Source of the DNA: an uncultured Opitutaceae bacterium
GTDB lineage: Bacteria; Verrucomicrobiota; Verrucomicrobiia; Opitutales; Opitutaceae
NCBI GenBank assembly: GCA_903887455.1
Contig: CAISPT010000108.1
Span: forward strand, 3,235 to 67,234
Length of the DNA stretch: 64,000 bases
Direction: 5' to 3'
The notes below the pieces were generated by a model that searched no databases, had not been told where the DNA came from, and was given only the letters and a program-made list of their open reading frames with translations. Positions 18,961 through 27,265 of this stretch are shown one piece after another (the stretch's first letter is position 1; each line of letters begins with the position of its first letter). A program made the position numbers and the translations under genes.

Positions 18961-19556
18961 CTAGAACAAAATGGCAATAAAGATGAGAATTTAGGGTTAA
19001 AGATAATGAGATACTAATGGAGTAAATTATGTAAGACGTTAGTAAGCGCATAGCTCTGCACATCAAACCCTATGGTTTTTATCTAGAATTTGGTGCTTTT
19101 TCTATAGCCTCAATCTACGCCGACAACAAAAGCTACTTTCGGAAATTTGTCGCCAAAGCGATGGTTGGTTCGCCAGCTAGGCCGGACAACGGAAAATACG
19201 GGATCACTTCACAGCAATAGACCAGGAATATTCCTCTGCATGGTGGGTTCAGTTGGCCGACTTCGGAGGTAGGAGTCGGGGTCTTTCCCGCAACGCTGGC
19301 GGGGCATTTAGACCGATTAGATGATCGCCAAACGTTGGCCGGCGAATCGGGCCGGGTCGATCACCGGCTCCGCTCTAAAAGCTCTCATGGCTAAAATACG
19401 TGGAAATAAGTGGGAATAAACAAAATGTAAGTGGCGGATAATCTAATGGCCTTCCCGGGCCGTCATTCATTCGGCCATGTGTAGGTAGCTGTCCGCAAAG
19501 CCTGCGTCGAAAGAGCCACGATAAGGAGCGATGACCGTTTCAATCGGGATAGGAGG
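18961..19556. other. About 600 bp AT-rich non-coding region upstream of the Fic gene (no ORF of 60 aa or more in any frame)
   Basis: Read directly. It has dense stop codons in all frames and a composition very different from the flanking DNA. Confidence 0.7.
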
Positions 19557-19607
19557 TTGACGTGATCCCGACTCTTCAAGCGGCTCGAAGCGGCGGGATC
19601 ACGTCAA
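19557..19607. terminator. 14-bp perfect inverted repeat TTGACGTGATCCCG-N23-CGGGATCACGTCAA, immediately downstream of the GH63-like gene
   Basis: Read directly. Arms are 19557-19570 and 19594-19607. It starts 14 nt after the stop at 19621-19623 on the minus strand. No U-tract follows. Confidence 0.5.
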
Positions 19608-19620
19608 GGGAAACCGCCGC

Positions 19621-21501
19621 CTAGCGTCGGGCTTCCAGGTAGCCCATAAGGCCGAGGAGAGCCCCCCAATGGTAGAACCGGTCGCTTGAGGTGACGTCGT
19701 CGCCCGAGCCGGTGTCGGCATTGTAGTTCTCATGGACGTGGCCCTTCTCGGACCACTCCTTGTTGAAGAGGGCGAGCGACTTTTCCGCCAGGCCCTTCCG
19801 GGCTTCGGCCAGGTCGTAGTTCCTCAGGCCAAGGTAGACCAGGTAGTTCATGGGCCCCCAGATCCGGCCCCGCCAGTAGTCCTGGTCCTTGAACGCGGGA
19901 TCGGAGCGCGCGATTGATGGGATCGCCCACTCACCCCAGAACTCCGCCGGGTTCATGAGGTGCTCCCTCACCATTCGCTCGGCCTGCGCCGGCGTGGCCG
20001 CCTTTGCGAGCAGTGGATAGAAACAGGTCGGTGCCATCCTGTGGACAAAGGCGCCCGTCCGGAGGTTCTTGTTGAGGAAGATGCCGGACTTCTCGTCCCA
20101 GAGCGTCGCGAGGCTGGAGGCGTAACGCGCCGACCGCGCCTCGAGCTCCCCATGCTCCGCGGACTTGCCGAGAATTGAGGCGATCTCGCAGAGCGCGTTG
20201 CAGTCGGCGACGTAGAGCCCCATGAGGCCGACGTCGGCCTCCTCCATCCTTCCCGTCTTCGCGTCGAACGGCGCATCGTCATAGAGCGGGCTGTTGTCCA
20301 GCCCCGACTCGTACTTGGCGCCTTGGAGCGTCCCGATCGACGGATCGTCCGGATCCACCGGCTTGTTTGCGGCATCGGTTCCCAGCACCAGGTATCCGTC
20401 CAACTGGCGGTGGAGGTCCCACCACCGGTTCCAGCGCATGAGCGCGTCGAACGTGTCCCTTAACAGCCACTTTTCGTGGAAGGTCTGGTAGAGCCCGAGG
20501 AGCGTGATGGCGCCCACGGGCGGTTCGGAGCGGTCGCAGCTCTTCCAGCCCCCGGCGCGCGCGTAGTTGGGGACGAACCCCTGAGGTGTCTCCTCCCTCA
20601 ATGTCTCGATCGCGTCTGCGTAGGCGAGGCTCCTATCTCCCGTCGCCGCCAACGACGCGGCGAAGAACGTGTCCCAGTCAAAGAGGACATAGCCACCCCA
20701 TCCCGAGGACCAGAGGCGGCTGACGGGCGAGATCACCCGGTCCTTGGAGGGATCGTAGAGGGTGTCCCATCCCATGACGGTCTCGATCGCCCGGGCGGTC
20801 CCCTGGGTCCGGGGCCGTTCGCGGGCGAGTATCGTCTGGATCTCTTCCACGCCGCGCGGCCTTCCGGTGCTGATCCCTATCGGCCCCCGGAACACCCCTG
20901 AGTAGTGCGGCAAGGCGGGGCCCGTGGCGCTCACGGGCTCCTCGGTCCCGGTCCAGTAGAGTCCGACGGTCCGAGTCCCCGCCCGGAACTCGATGTGGTC
21001 CGCCGTCCTCGCCGCCCCGCCGGGGCGGTTCCAGAGGACGCCGGCCGAGACGACAAGCGTCGGAGGGAGGCTACCGGGCTTTCCGGTGAGCGGGGTCGCC
21101 AGCATCACCAGGTCCCCGCCCTCGTGCGCGGACTCCAGCCGGAACGCGTCGCCGCGCCACTTGACCTCGATCTCGGTGTAGCTGCCGTTCCACGTGTGGG
21201 GGCCCGGGGTCACGTCCTCCTCGTCCTTCCCGCGGAGCCCGATCTGGACGTCCGGCAGGAAGGCCTCGGCGTAGAGGGCCGAGTTGTGCCTGAGGCCCAC
21301 GCGCACCGTGAAGGCCTCGGGAAGAAGGACCTGCGCAGCGACGCTGTGGGTGTCCCAGGTGTTCCAACCACAGGCGAGGCTCCGCTGCACGGCCTCGTAT
21401 TCGGGCGAGCGGCCTTCCTCTGCCGCGGCCGGGTGGGCCAAGAGGAGGCCGCACACAAGGCAGGCCAGGCAGCGGGCCGCAAGCTGCGTTTCTGGGTCCA
21501 T
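19621..21501 (-). CDS. Secreted (alpha/alpha)6-barrel glycoside hydrolase, GH63-like (YgjK / mannosylglycerate hydrolase type)
   Basis: 626 aa with a signal peptide. Motifs LFDWDTFFA, YESGLDNSP and DYWRGRIWGPMNYL are typical of GH63/GH37-type six-hairpin enzymes. Confidence 0.75.
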   Translation of the reverse strand: MDPETQLAARCLACLVCGLLLAHPAAAEEGRSPEYEAVQRSLACGWNTWDTHSVAAQVLLPEAFTVRVGLRHNSALYAEAFLPDVQIGLRGKDEEDVTPGPHTWNGSYTEIEVKWRGDAFRLESAHEGGDLVMLATPLTGKPGSLPPTLVVSAGVLWNRPGGAARTADHIEFRAGTRTVGLYWTGTEEPVSATGPALPHYSGVFRGPIGISTGRPRGVEEIQTILARERPRTQGTARAIETVMGWDTLYDPSKDRVISPVSRLWSSGWGGYVLFDWDTFFAASLAATGDRSLAYADAIETLREETPQGFVPNYARAGGWKSCDRSEPPVGAITLLGLYQTFHEKWLLRDTFDALMRWNRWWDLHRQLDGYLVLGTDAANKPVDPDDPSIGTLQGAKYESGLDNSPLYDDAPFDAKTGRMEEADVGLMGLYVADCNALCEIASILGKSAEHGELEARSARYASSLATLWDEKSGIFLNKNLRTGAFVHRMAPTCFYPLLAKAATPAQAERMVREHLMNPAEFWGEWAIPSIARSDPAFKDQDYWRGRIWGPMNYLVYLGLRNYDLAEARKGLAEKSLALFNKEWSEKGHVHENYNADTGSGDDVTSSDRFYHWGALLGLMGYLEARR

Positions 21502-21652
21502 TGGGAGGGGTAAGGTCGGGGTGCCGGAGTGCTATTGCGCTGGCGAATGCGGTGATCTTCGAATGCTCTTGGACCCGTTTAGGCGACACCAAAACGCCTT
21601 TTCCGAAACAAACCCAAATCTTTGGTATCCCCCGGACGTCGTACGTAAATCC

Positions 21653-23797
21653 ATGTCGGACCTAAGTTACAATGCCCTCCATGCCCCGTTCGGGGCCTTT
21701 TCTAGCTTCACCTGCGGCTACGCGGTGTCATGGGACGCAACCCCGGCCCCCAATTCCGGCGGGTTTGGCGCGTCGACGCGCCTCCCCGCGCAGCAGTCCG
21801 TCTTCGCGGGATGGCGCCGCGGCGGCGGGGCGTGGAATCTCCTGCCCTTCGTCCGCAAGCGGGCCGACCGGTCCTCGGACTTCTCGGGGGCGACACCGGG
21901 CGAGGCGGTGAGGAACCAGGACTACCGCACGCTTGGCCATGGGGATTTTTCGCGCCGGCTCGGCCTGGCCTCGGACCGTTGGACCTCCGGGCCGTTCGAG
22001 CTCCAGATCTTCTCCCCGTTCGAGAAGATCCCGGACTGGGAGGGCCTTGCCGACGAACGCCGCAAGCTGCTCTGCGCCCCGGTCGTCACCGCGCGGTGCT
22101 CGGCCGACAATCGCGCCGGCTCGGAGGATATCGAGATCCTCTTCGGCTTTGGCGACACGGAAAGGGGCCTGCGCCTGCTTGGGGACACCGAGGCTGGCCT
22201 TGTCGGCTTCGCCTCGGCGACGGCGTACGGCTTTGCCGCCAGGCCCCAGCCCGGCCTCAGGGTCAAGTCCGGCATGGACCTCTTCTCCTCCTGGCGGGAG
22301 GACGCCCGCGGCACGCACCTTCTCGGCTCCGAGGCGGCGCTCATCCTTAAGGTGCCCGCGGGGGAAACCCGCTCGCTCGACCTTGCCCTGGCTTTCCTGC
22401 AGCAGGGCACGGTGACCACCGGGATCGAGGCCCCCTACTACTACTCGCGCTACTTCCAGAGGCTAGACGACGTCCTCTCCTACGGCCTCGACCACCACGG
22501 GGACTACGTTGCGATGGCGGCCGGCCGCGACGCCGAGCTCGACGCTTCGGGCCTCACCGACGACCAGAAGTGGCTCGTCGCCCATGCGGTCCACACCTAC
22601 CTCGGGTCAACCCAGCTCCTCTCCCACGACGGCAGGGCCCTGTGGGTCGTGAACGAGGGCGAGTACCGCATGATGAACACGTTCGACCTCACGGTGGACC
22701 ACCTGTTCTTCGAGCTCGCGTGGTGGCCCTGGGCCGTCCGCGACACTCTGGACCTTTTCGCAGGCCGCTATTCCTACGTGGACACGATCCACTCGAAGGA
22801 CGGCGGACGGTCGGAGGGTGGGATCGCCTTCACGCACGACATGGGGGTCGACAACCAGTTCACGCCGCCGGGAGTCTCCAGCTACGAGGTCCCGAACCTG
22901 ACCGACTGCTTCAGCTTCATGAGCTCCGAGCAGCTCGTGAACTGGGTGTGCTGCGCGGTGACCTACGCGGAGGCGGCGGGCGACCAGGCCTGGCTCAGGT
23001 CAAAGGAGGCGCTGCTCGCGAGCTGCGCGGAGAGCCTCCGCCGTCGGGACGACCCCGAGCCGGCGAACCGCAATGGGGTGATCGGATGGGACAGCGACCG
23101 CTGCGGGCCAAAGGGCTCGGAGATCACGACCTACGATTCGCTCGACGTCTCGCTCGGCCAGGCCCGCAACAATCTCTACCTCGGTGTGAAAACCCTGGCG
23201 GCGTGGCTTCTCCTCTCGCGCGCCTTCGCGCGGCTTGGGCTGGAGGAGGACGCACGCAAGGCTGTGGACACTGCGGCCCTTGCGGGAGCCACAATCATGG
23301 CGTTCAGGGACCGGGCGACCGGCCTCTTCCCCGCCGTCTTCGAGAACGGCAACTCGAGCCGGATCATCCCGGCGGTCGAGGGCCTCGCCTTCCCCCTGTT
23401 CCTTGGGATGGACGCCGAGCTTGGGGACCTGGACCGCAGGACCGGCCTCGTTGCCGCCCTCGGCGTCCACCTGGGGGCCGTCCTCAGGCGGGGCGTCTGC
23501 CTAGATACCGCAAGCGGCGGATGGAAGCTCAGCTCCACCTCGGACAACACCTGGCTCAGCAAGATCTACCTCTGCCAGCACGTGGCGCGCAGCCTCTTCC
23601 CGGCGGCCCTCGCCGGCGAATCGGGCGCCTCGGCGGACCGGGCCCACATCGGGTGGCTGCTCAGCCCCCACACCCGGCACTTGGGGTTCTGCGACCAGAT
23701 CCGCTCTGGCGACGGCTTCCCCTACGGATCGAAGCACTACCCGAGGGGCGTCACGTCGTGGCTCTGGATGCCCCGCGGGCAAGCCGCCGGAGCCTGA
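21653..23797 (+). CDS. Glycoside hydrolase family 52 (beta-xylosidase type)
   Basis: 714 aa from the internal ATG of track ORF 21284..23797. Several blocks are near-identical to my recollection of Geobacillus XynB2. These are NALHAPFGAFSSF, VVNEGEYRMMNTFDLTVDHLFFEL, ITTYDSLDVSLGQARNNLYL, WLSKIYLCQ and YPRGVTSWLW. No signal peptide is present. Confidence 0.85.
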   Translation: MSDLSYNALHAPFGAFSSFTCGYAVSWDATPAPNSGGFGASTRLPAQQSVFAGWRRGGGAWNLLPFVRKRADRSSDFSGATPGEAVRNQDYRTLGHGDFSRRLGLASDRWTSGPFELQIFSPFEKIPDWEGLADERRKLLCAPVVTARCSADNRAGSEDIEILFGFGDTERGLRLLGDTEAGLVGFASATAYGFAARPQPGLRVKSGMDLFSSWREDARGTHLLGSEAALILKVPAGETRSLDLALAFLQQGTVTTGIEAPYYYSRYFQRLDDVLSYGLDHHGDYVAMAAGRDAELDASGLTDDQKWLVAHAVHTYLGSTQLLSHDGRALWVVNEGEYRMMNTFDLTVDHLFFELAWWPWAVRDTLDLFAGRYSYVDTIHSKDGGRSEGGIAFTHDMGVDNQFTPPGVSSYEVPNLTDCFSFMSSEQLVNWVCCAVTYAEAAGDQAWLRSKEALLASCAESLRRRDDPEPANRNGVIGWDSDRCGPKGSEITTYDSLDVSLGQARNNLYLGVKTLAAWLLLSRAFARLGLEEDARKAVDTAALAGATIMAFRDRATGLFPAVFENGNSSRIIPAVEGLAFPLFLGMDAELGDLDRRTGLVAALGVHLGAVLRRGVCLDTASGGWKLSSTSDNTWLSKIYLCQHVARSLFPAALAGESGASADRAHIGWLLSPHTRHLGFCDQIRSGDGFPYGSKHYPRGVTSWLWMPRGQAAGA

Positions 23798-23969
23798 CCG
23801 CCGCCGCAGTCCTCGGAGAGGCGAACCCGGTCCCGGGCGGCTTACGCCCAGGTGCGCACAATTTGTCCTCCAGATAGCGAGATCCGCAGAGCAGAAGTCC
23901 CGGAGAAAGGGTATGCTCGGGGCAGGCCCGCCGAGGCGGGAATAGTCCCGCAGCCGGCGCGCCCCACAC

Positions 23970-24584
23970 ATGGGCGTTCAGCCCCAAGATCCCACGCCCC
24001 CCGCCACGCCCGGAGTGTCCCGCCGGACGGCGATCCGGATGATCGCCGTCGGTTCCGCAGGCGTGGCGGCTGGGGTCGGGCTGACCGCGGTGGTGGCCAG
24101 GCGGGACCGGGGAGCCGCGCGGCCCCGTTTTTTCTTCTCACCGCGCGAGGAGGCGACGCTGGCCGCGTTCTGCGAGCAACTCATTCCCGGCGACGACGTC
24201 CCGGGGGCCGTCGAGGCCGGCGTCATCGACTTCATCGACCTCCAGCTTGTCGGTCCGCATTCACGCTTCCAGGGCCTCTACCGGGCCGGGATCCTCTCCC
24301 TTCAGAACACGAGCCTGCGCCTCCACGGCCTTCCGTTCGAGGACCTCGACGGCCCCGTCCAGACGGAACTCGTGTCGCGGGTGGAAAAGGGAAGCTGCCC
24401 GGCTGACCTCTGGGGCGACCCGTCGGCGAGCGCCTTCTTCGGCGTGGTCCTCGACCACACCCGCCAGGGCTTCTACGGAAGCCCGAGGCATGGCGGCAAC
24501 CGGGGCTATGCGAGCTACCGCATGATGGGCCTGGCCTACCCAAACCTGATCGGCCAGAACCGCTACCCTGCGGAACGGGGCTGA
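23970..24584 (+). CDS. Gluconate 2-dehydrogenase subunit 3 (gamma) family protein with twin-arginine signal
   Basis: 204 aa. Has Tat motif SRRTAIRM and the family block FFSPREEATLAAFCEQLIPGDD.PGAVEAGV..FID. Confidence 0.8.
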   Translation: MGVQPQDPTPPATPGVSRRTAIRMIAVGSAGVAAGVGLTAVVARRDRGAARPRFFFSPREEATLAAFCEQLIPGDDVPGAVEAGVIDFIDLQLVGPHSRFQGLYRAGILSLQNTSLRLHGLPFEDLDGPVQTELVSRVEKGSCPADLWGDPSASAFFGVVLDHTRQGFYGSPRHGGNRGYASYRMMGLAYPNLIGQNRYPAERG

Positions 24585-24593
24585 GCGACCGCC

Positions 24594-26246
24594 ATGCCCC
24601 TCCCCCGTGTCAACGTCGTGGTGGTGGGCGCGGGCGCGGGGGGCGGCGTGGTCGCCAAGGAGCTCGCCGAGGCCGGGCTCACGGTCGTGCTCATGGAGCG
24701 CGGGGATTGGCCCCACTACGACCGACACAACGACGACGAGCTCGTCTCGCAGCGCTCGCCCGCCCTCGGCAATCCCTACGGACCCGACGACGCGAGGTAC
24801 CGACGGGTCGTCGTGAACCCGGGCGGCTCGACGTCGGTCGTGCTGCCGAGCGAGGGCGCCTACAGCAACAACGCCGGGTGCGTCGGGGGCGGCACCGTCA
24901 GCTGCGGCGCCATGGCCTGGCGCTACATGCCCCAGGATTTCAGAATGCGGTCGACGTACGGCGCGGTGGAGGGGTCGACGCTCGAGGACTGGCCCCTCGG
25001 CTACGACGACCTGGAGCCGTACTACGAGAAGGCCGAGTACGAGTTCGGCGTGGCCGGCGACTATTCGGAGAACCCCTTCGGGGCGCCGCGGCGCCGCCCC
25101 TTCCCGATGCCCGCGTTCCCGTACAACCGGGAGGGAAGGCAGGTCGTCGAGGCGACCCGCCGGCTCGGCCTGCACCCGTTCCCGATCCCGATGCTCAGGA
25201 ACTCGGTGCCGTACAACGGCAGGCCTGCGTGCATCCATATGCGCTCGTGCGTCGGGTTCGCGTGCCCGGTCGACGCGAAGAGCGGCTCCCAGAACACCGT
25301 CATCCCGCGGGCGCTAGCGACCGGCAACTGCGAGCTGAGGACCGGCTGCGTGGTGGCGGAGATCAAGGTCGACGACCGGGGAAGGGCCCGCGCCGTCCGC
25401 TACTTCGACCCCGAGGGCCGCGGTTGGGAGCAGGAGTGCGACCTGGTCGTCGTCTCGGCCTCGGCCACCGAGACGGCCAGGCTCCTCCTCAACTCGAAGT
25501 CCAAGCTCTTCCCGAACGGGGCCGGCAACAACCACGACTGGGTGGGGCGCAACTTCCAGGGCCACGGCTACACCGGGGCCTTCGGGATCTCGGAGGGCGA
25601 GGTCTACGAGGAGGCGGGCCCGGGCGCCACGGTCGCGATCTGCGACTACAACCACGGCAACCCGGGACTCGTCGGCGGAGGCATGCTCGCCAACGAGTTC
25701 ATCGTCCTGCCCTACAGCTTCTGCGACGTGCGCCCGCCGGGGGAGCCCCGCTGGGGCAAGGCGCATAAGGACTTCCAGAGGCGCTACTACAAGCGCATCA
25801 TGCGCCTCTACGGCCCGGTTCAGGAGATCCCGAACTTCTCGGCGAGGGTGGAGGTGGACCCGGCGGTGAGGGACGCCTGGGGGATCCCCGTCTGCCGGCT
25901 CTCGGGCGGGAGGCATCCCTACGACCAGAAGCTTGGCGAGTTCATGTCGGCCAACGCTGAGCGAATCCTCAAGGAGATGGGCGCGACGCGCACGTGGCGC
26001 GGGCGGTTCGGCACCGGGCTGAGCGGGGGCCAGCACCAGGCCGGGACCTGCCGCATGGGCAACGACCCGGCCACCTCCGTCACCAACCGCTTCGGACAGG
26101 TCCACGGCATCGACAACCTCTTTGTCGCCGACGCGAGCCTCCACGTGACCAACGGGGGCTTCAACCCCGTGCTCACGATCATGGCGTTGGCCTACTGGGT
26201 CTCTGGGCACATCGCCTCGGGCTGGAAGGGCGGTGGCTTCAGATGA
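24594..26246 (+). CDS. GMC-family FAD-dependent oxidoreductase (large flavoprotein subunit)
   Basis: 550 aa. Has GAGAGGG FAD-binding fold at the N-terminus. The C-terminal block GTCRMGNDP..SV.N..GQVHGIDNLFVADAS is diagnostic of GMC enzymes. Confidence 0.88.
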   Translation: MPLPRVNVVVVGAGAGGGVVAKELAEAGLTVVLMERGDWPHYDRHNDDELVSQRSPALGNPYGPDDARYRRVVVNPGGSTSVVLPSEGAYSNNAGCVGGGTVSCGAMAWRYMPQDFRMRSTYGAVEGSTLEDWPLGYDDLEPYYEKAEYEFGVAGDYSENPFGAPRRRPFPMPAFPYNREGRQVVEATRRLGLHPFPIPMLRNSVPYNGRPACIHMRSCVGFACPVDAKSGSQNTVIPRALATGNCELRTGCVVAEIKVDDRGRARAVRYFDPEGRGWEQECDLVVVSASATETARLLLNSKSKLFPNGAGNNHDWVGRNFQGHGYTGAFGISEGEVYEEAGPGATVAICDYNHGNPGLVGGGMLANEFIVLPYSFCDVRPPGEPRWGKAHKDFQRRYYKRIMRLYGPVQEIPNFSARVEVDPAVRDAWGIPVCRLSGGRHPYDQKLGEFMSANAERILKEMGATRTWRGRFGTGLSGGQHQAGTCRMGNDPATSVTNRFGQVHGIDNLFVADASLHVTNGGFNPVLTIMALAYWVSGHIASGWKGGGFR

Positions 26247-27256
26247 GCCCGATGGCAAGGCGCCGGCTCCTGCTGGTCGGTGGGCTCTACGCCGCCGGCT
26301 TCCTCGTGTCCGCCGCCGTCGGCAGCCTCGGCTACTTCCACTTTGGGAGCCCCGGGCGGACGTGCGCGTCCTGCCACGAGATGACCGGGGCCCACGCGGC
26401 CTGGTCCGGGTCGGTGCACAGCACGCTCCACTGCCGCGAGTGCCACGGGGGCTCGCTCACCCTGGACGCCCATGCCCTGGGCGCCCACGTGAACCGCCTG
26501 GTCCGCCACTTCACGCGCGCCCCGGGCGAGGTGATCCGGCTGCGGGAGGAGGACGTGCTGCGCATCCAGCAGTCCTGCCGCAGGTGCCACCCCGACACCT
26601 ACGCGAAGTGGGCCTCGAGCGGACACGCGTCGACCTACGCGCGCTTCTTCCTGGACCCGGCCCACAACCGCGCGGAGCGCATGGCGCCCGACTGCCTGCG
26701 GTGCCACGGCATGTTCTTTGACGGGAACATCGAGGACCTGGTCTCCACCCCCTCGACCTCGGGGCCCTGGGCCCTAAGGGACCCGGCGAAGGCCGCCGAG
26801 CCGGCGATCCCCTGCACGGCGTGCCACCAGGTCCACTCGGCGTCGCCCGACGGCAGGCTCGCGCACCTCTACGTCAGGCGCGAGGGCGCGCACTTTCCGC
26901 TCGCGGAGCTCCCCGCGGTGCCCCTCACCTCCGGCGGGGCGCAGGTCCGCGTCTCGGCCGACCCGCGGCAGCGCCTTTGCGTCCAGTGCCATGCGCCGAA
27001 CGCTTTCAGGCTTGCCGGCACGGGCGACGACCGGACCCCTGTCGGGGTCCACGAGGGCCTTAGCTGCCTCGACTGCCACTCCGGGCACTCCGGCTCGGCG
27101 CGCGCCTCTTGCGCCGCGTGCCACCCGGCAGACTCGCACTGCGGCGTCGACGTCGAGCGCATGGACACGTCGTTCCACTCGAAGGCGAGCGCGCACAACA
27201 TCCACTCCGTGTCGTGCGGCGACTGCCACGGGGGCGTGCGCCCCGCGAGGCGGTAG
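26243..27256 (+). CDS. Membrane-anchored multiheme c-type cytochrome (9 CxxCH), NapC/NirT/NrfH-like N-terminal module
   Basis: 337 aa from the ATG overlapping the GMC stop (ATGA). Has one N-terminal TM helix. Heme motifs are CASCH, CRECH, CRRCH, CLRCH, CTACH, CVQCH, CLDCH, CAACH and CGDCH. Confidence 0.85.
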   Translation: MSPMARRRLLLVGGLYAAGFLVSAAVGSLGYFHFGSPGRTCASCHEMTGAHAAWSGSVHSTLHCRECHGGSLTLDAHALGAHVNRLVRHFTRAPGEVIRLREEDVLRIQQSCRRCHPDTYAKWASSGHASTYARFFLDPAHNRAERMAPDCLRCHGMFFDGNIEDLVSTPSTSGPWALRDPAKAAEPAIPCTACHQVHSASPDGRLAHLYVRREGAHFPLAELPAVPLTSGGAQVRVSADPRQRLCVQCHAPNAFRLAGTGDDRTPVGVHEGLSCLDCHSGHSGSARASCAACHPADSHCGVDVERMDTSFHSKASAHNIHSVSCGDCHGGVRPARR

Positions 27257-27265
27257 AGGGCGGCG

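Noticed and set aside
19344-19375. tRNA-like T-arm (GCCGG-GTCGATCA-CCGGC) in the AT-rich region, considered as a remnant tRNA integration site
   Set aside because: The loop is 8 nt rather than 7 and lacks the TTCRANY pattern. No acceptor stem or CCA context follows. It is most likely a chance hairpin.
19321-19419. 32-aa ORF (MIAKRWPANRAGSITGSALKALMAKIRGNKWE) in the Fic upstream region, considered as a small antitoxin
   Set aside because: It has no ribosome-binding site and points towards the Fic gene rather than sharing its strand (convergent orientation). It has no recognisable fold or motif and is indistinguishable from random short ORFs in AT-rich DNA.
19477-19487. ATGTGTAGGTA near the right end of the low-G+C islet, as a possible partner of the left-end ATGTGTGAGTA repeat
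   Set aside because: Only 9 of 11 positions match, and the flanking TGACAATT part is absent. This is too weak to call a terminal repeat.
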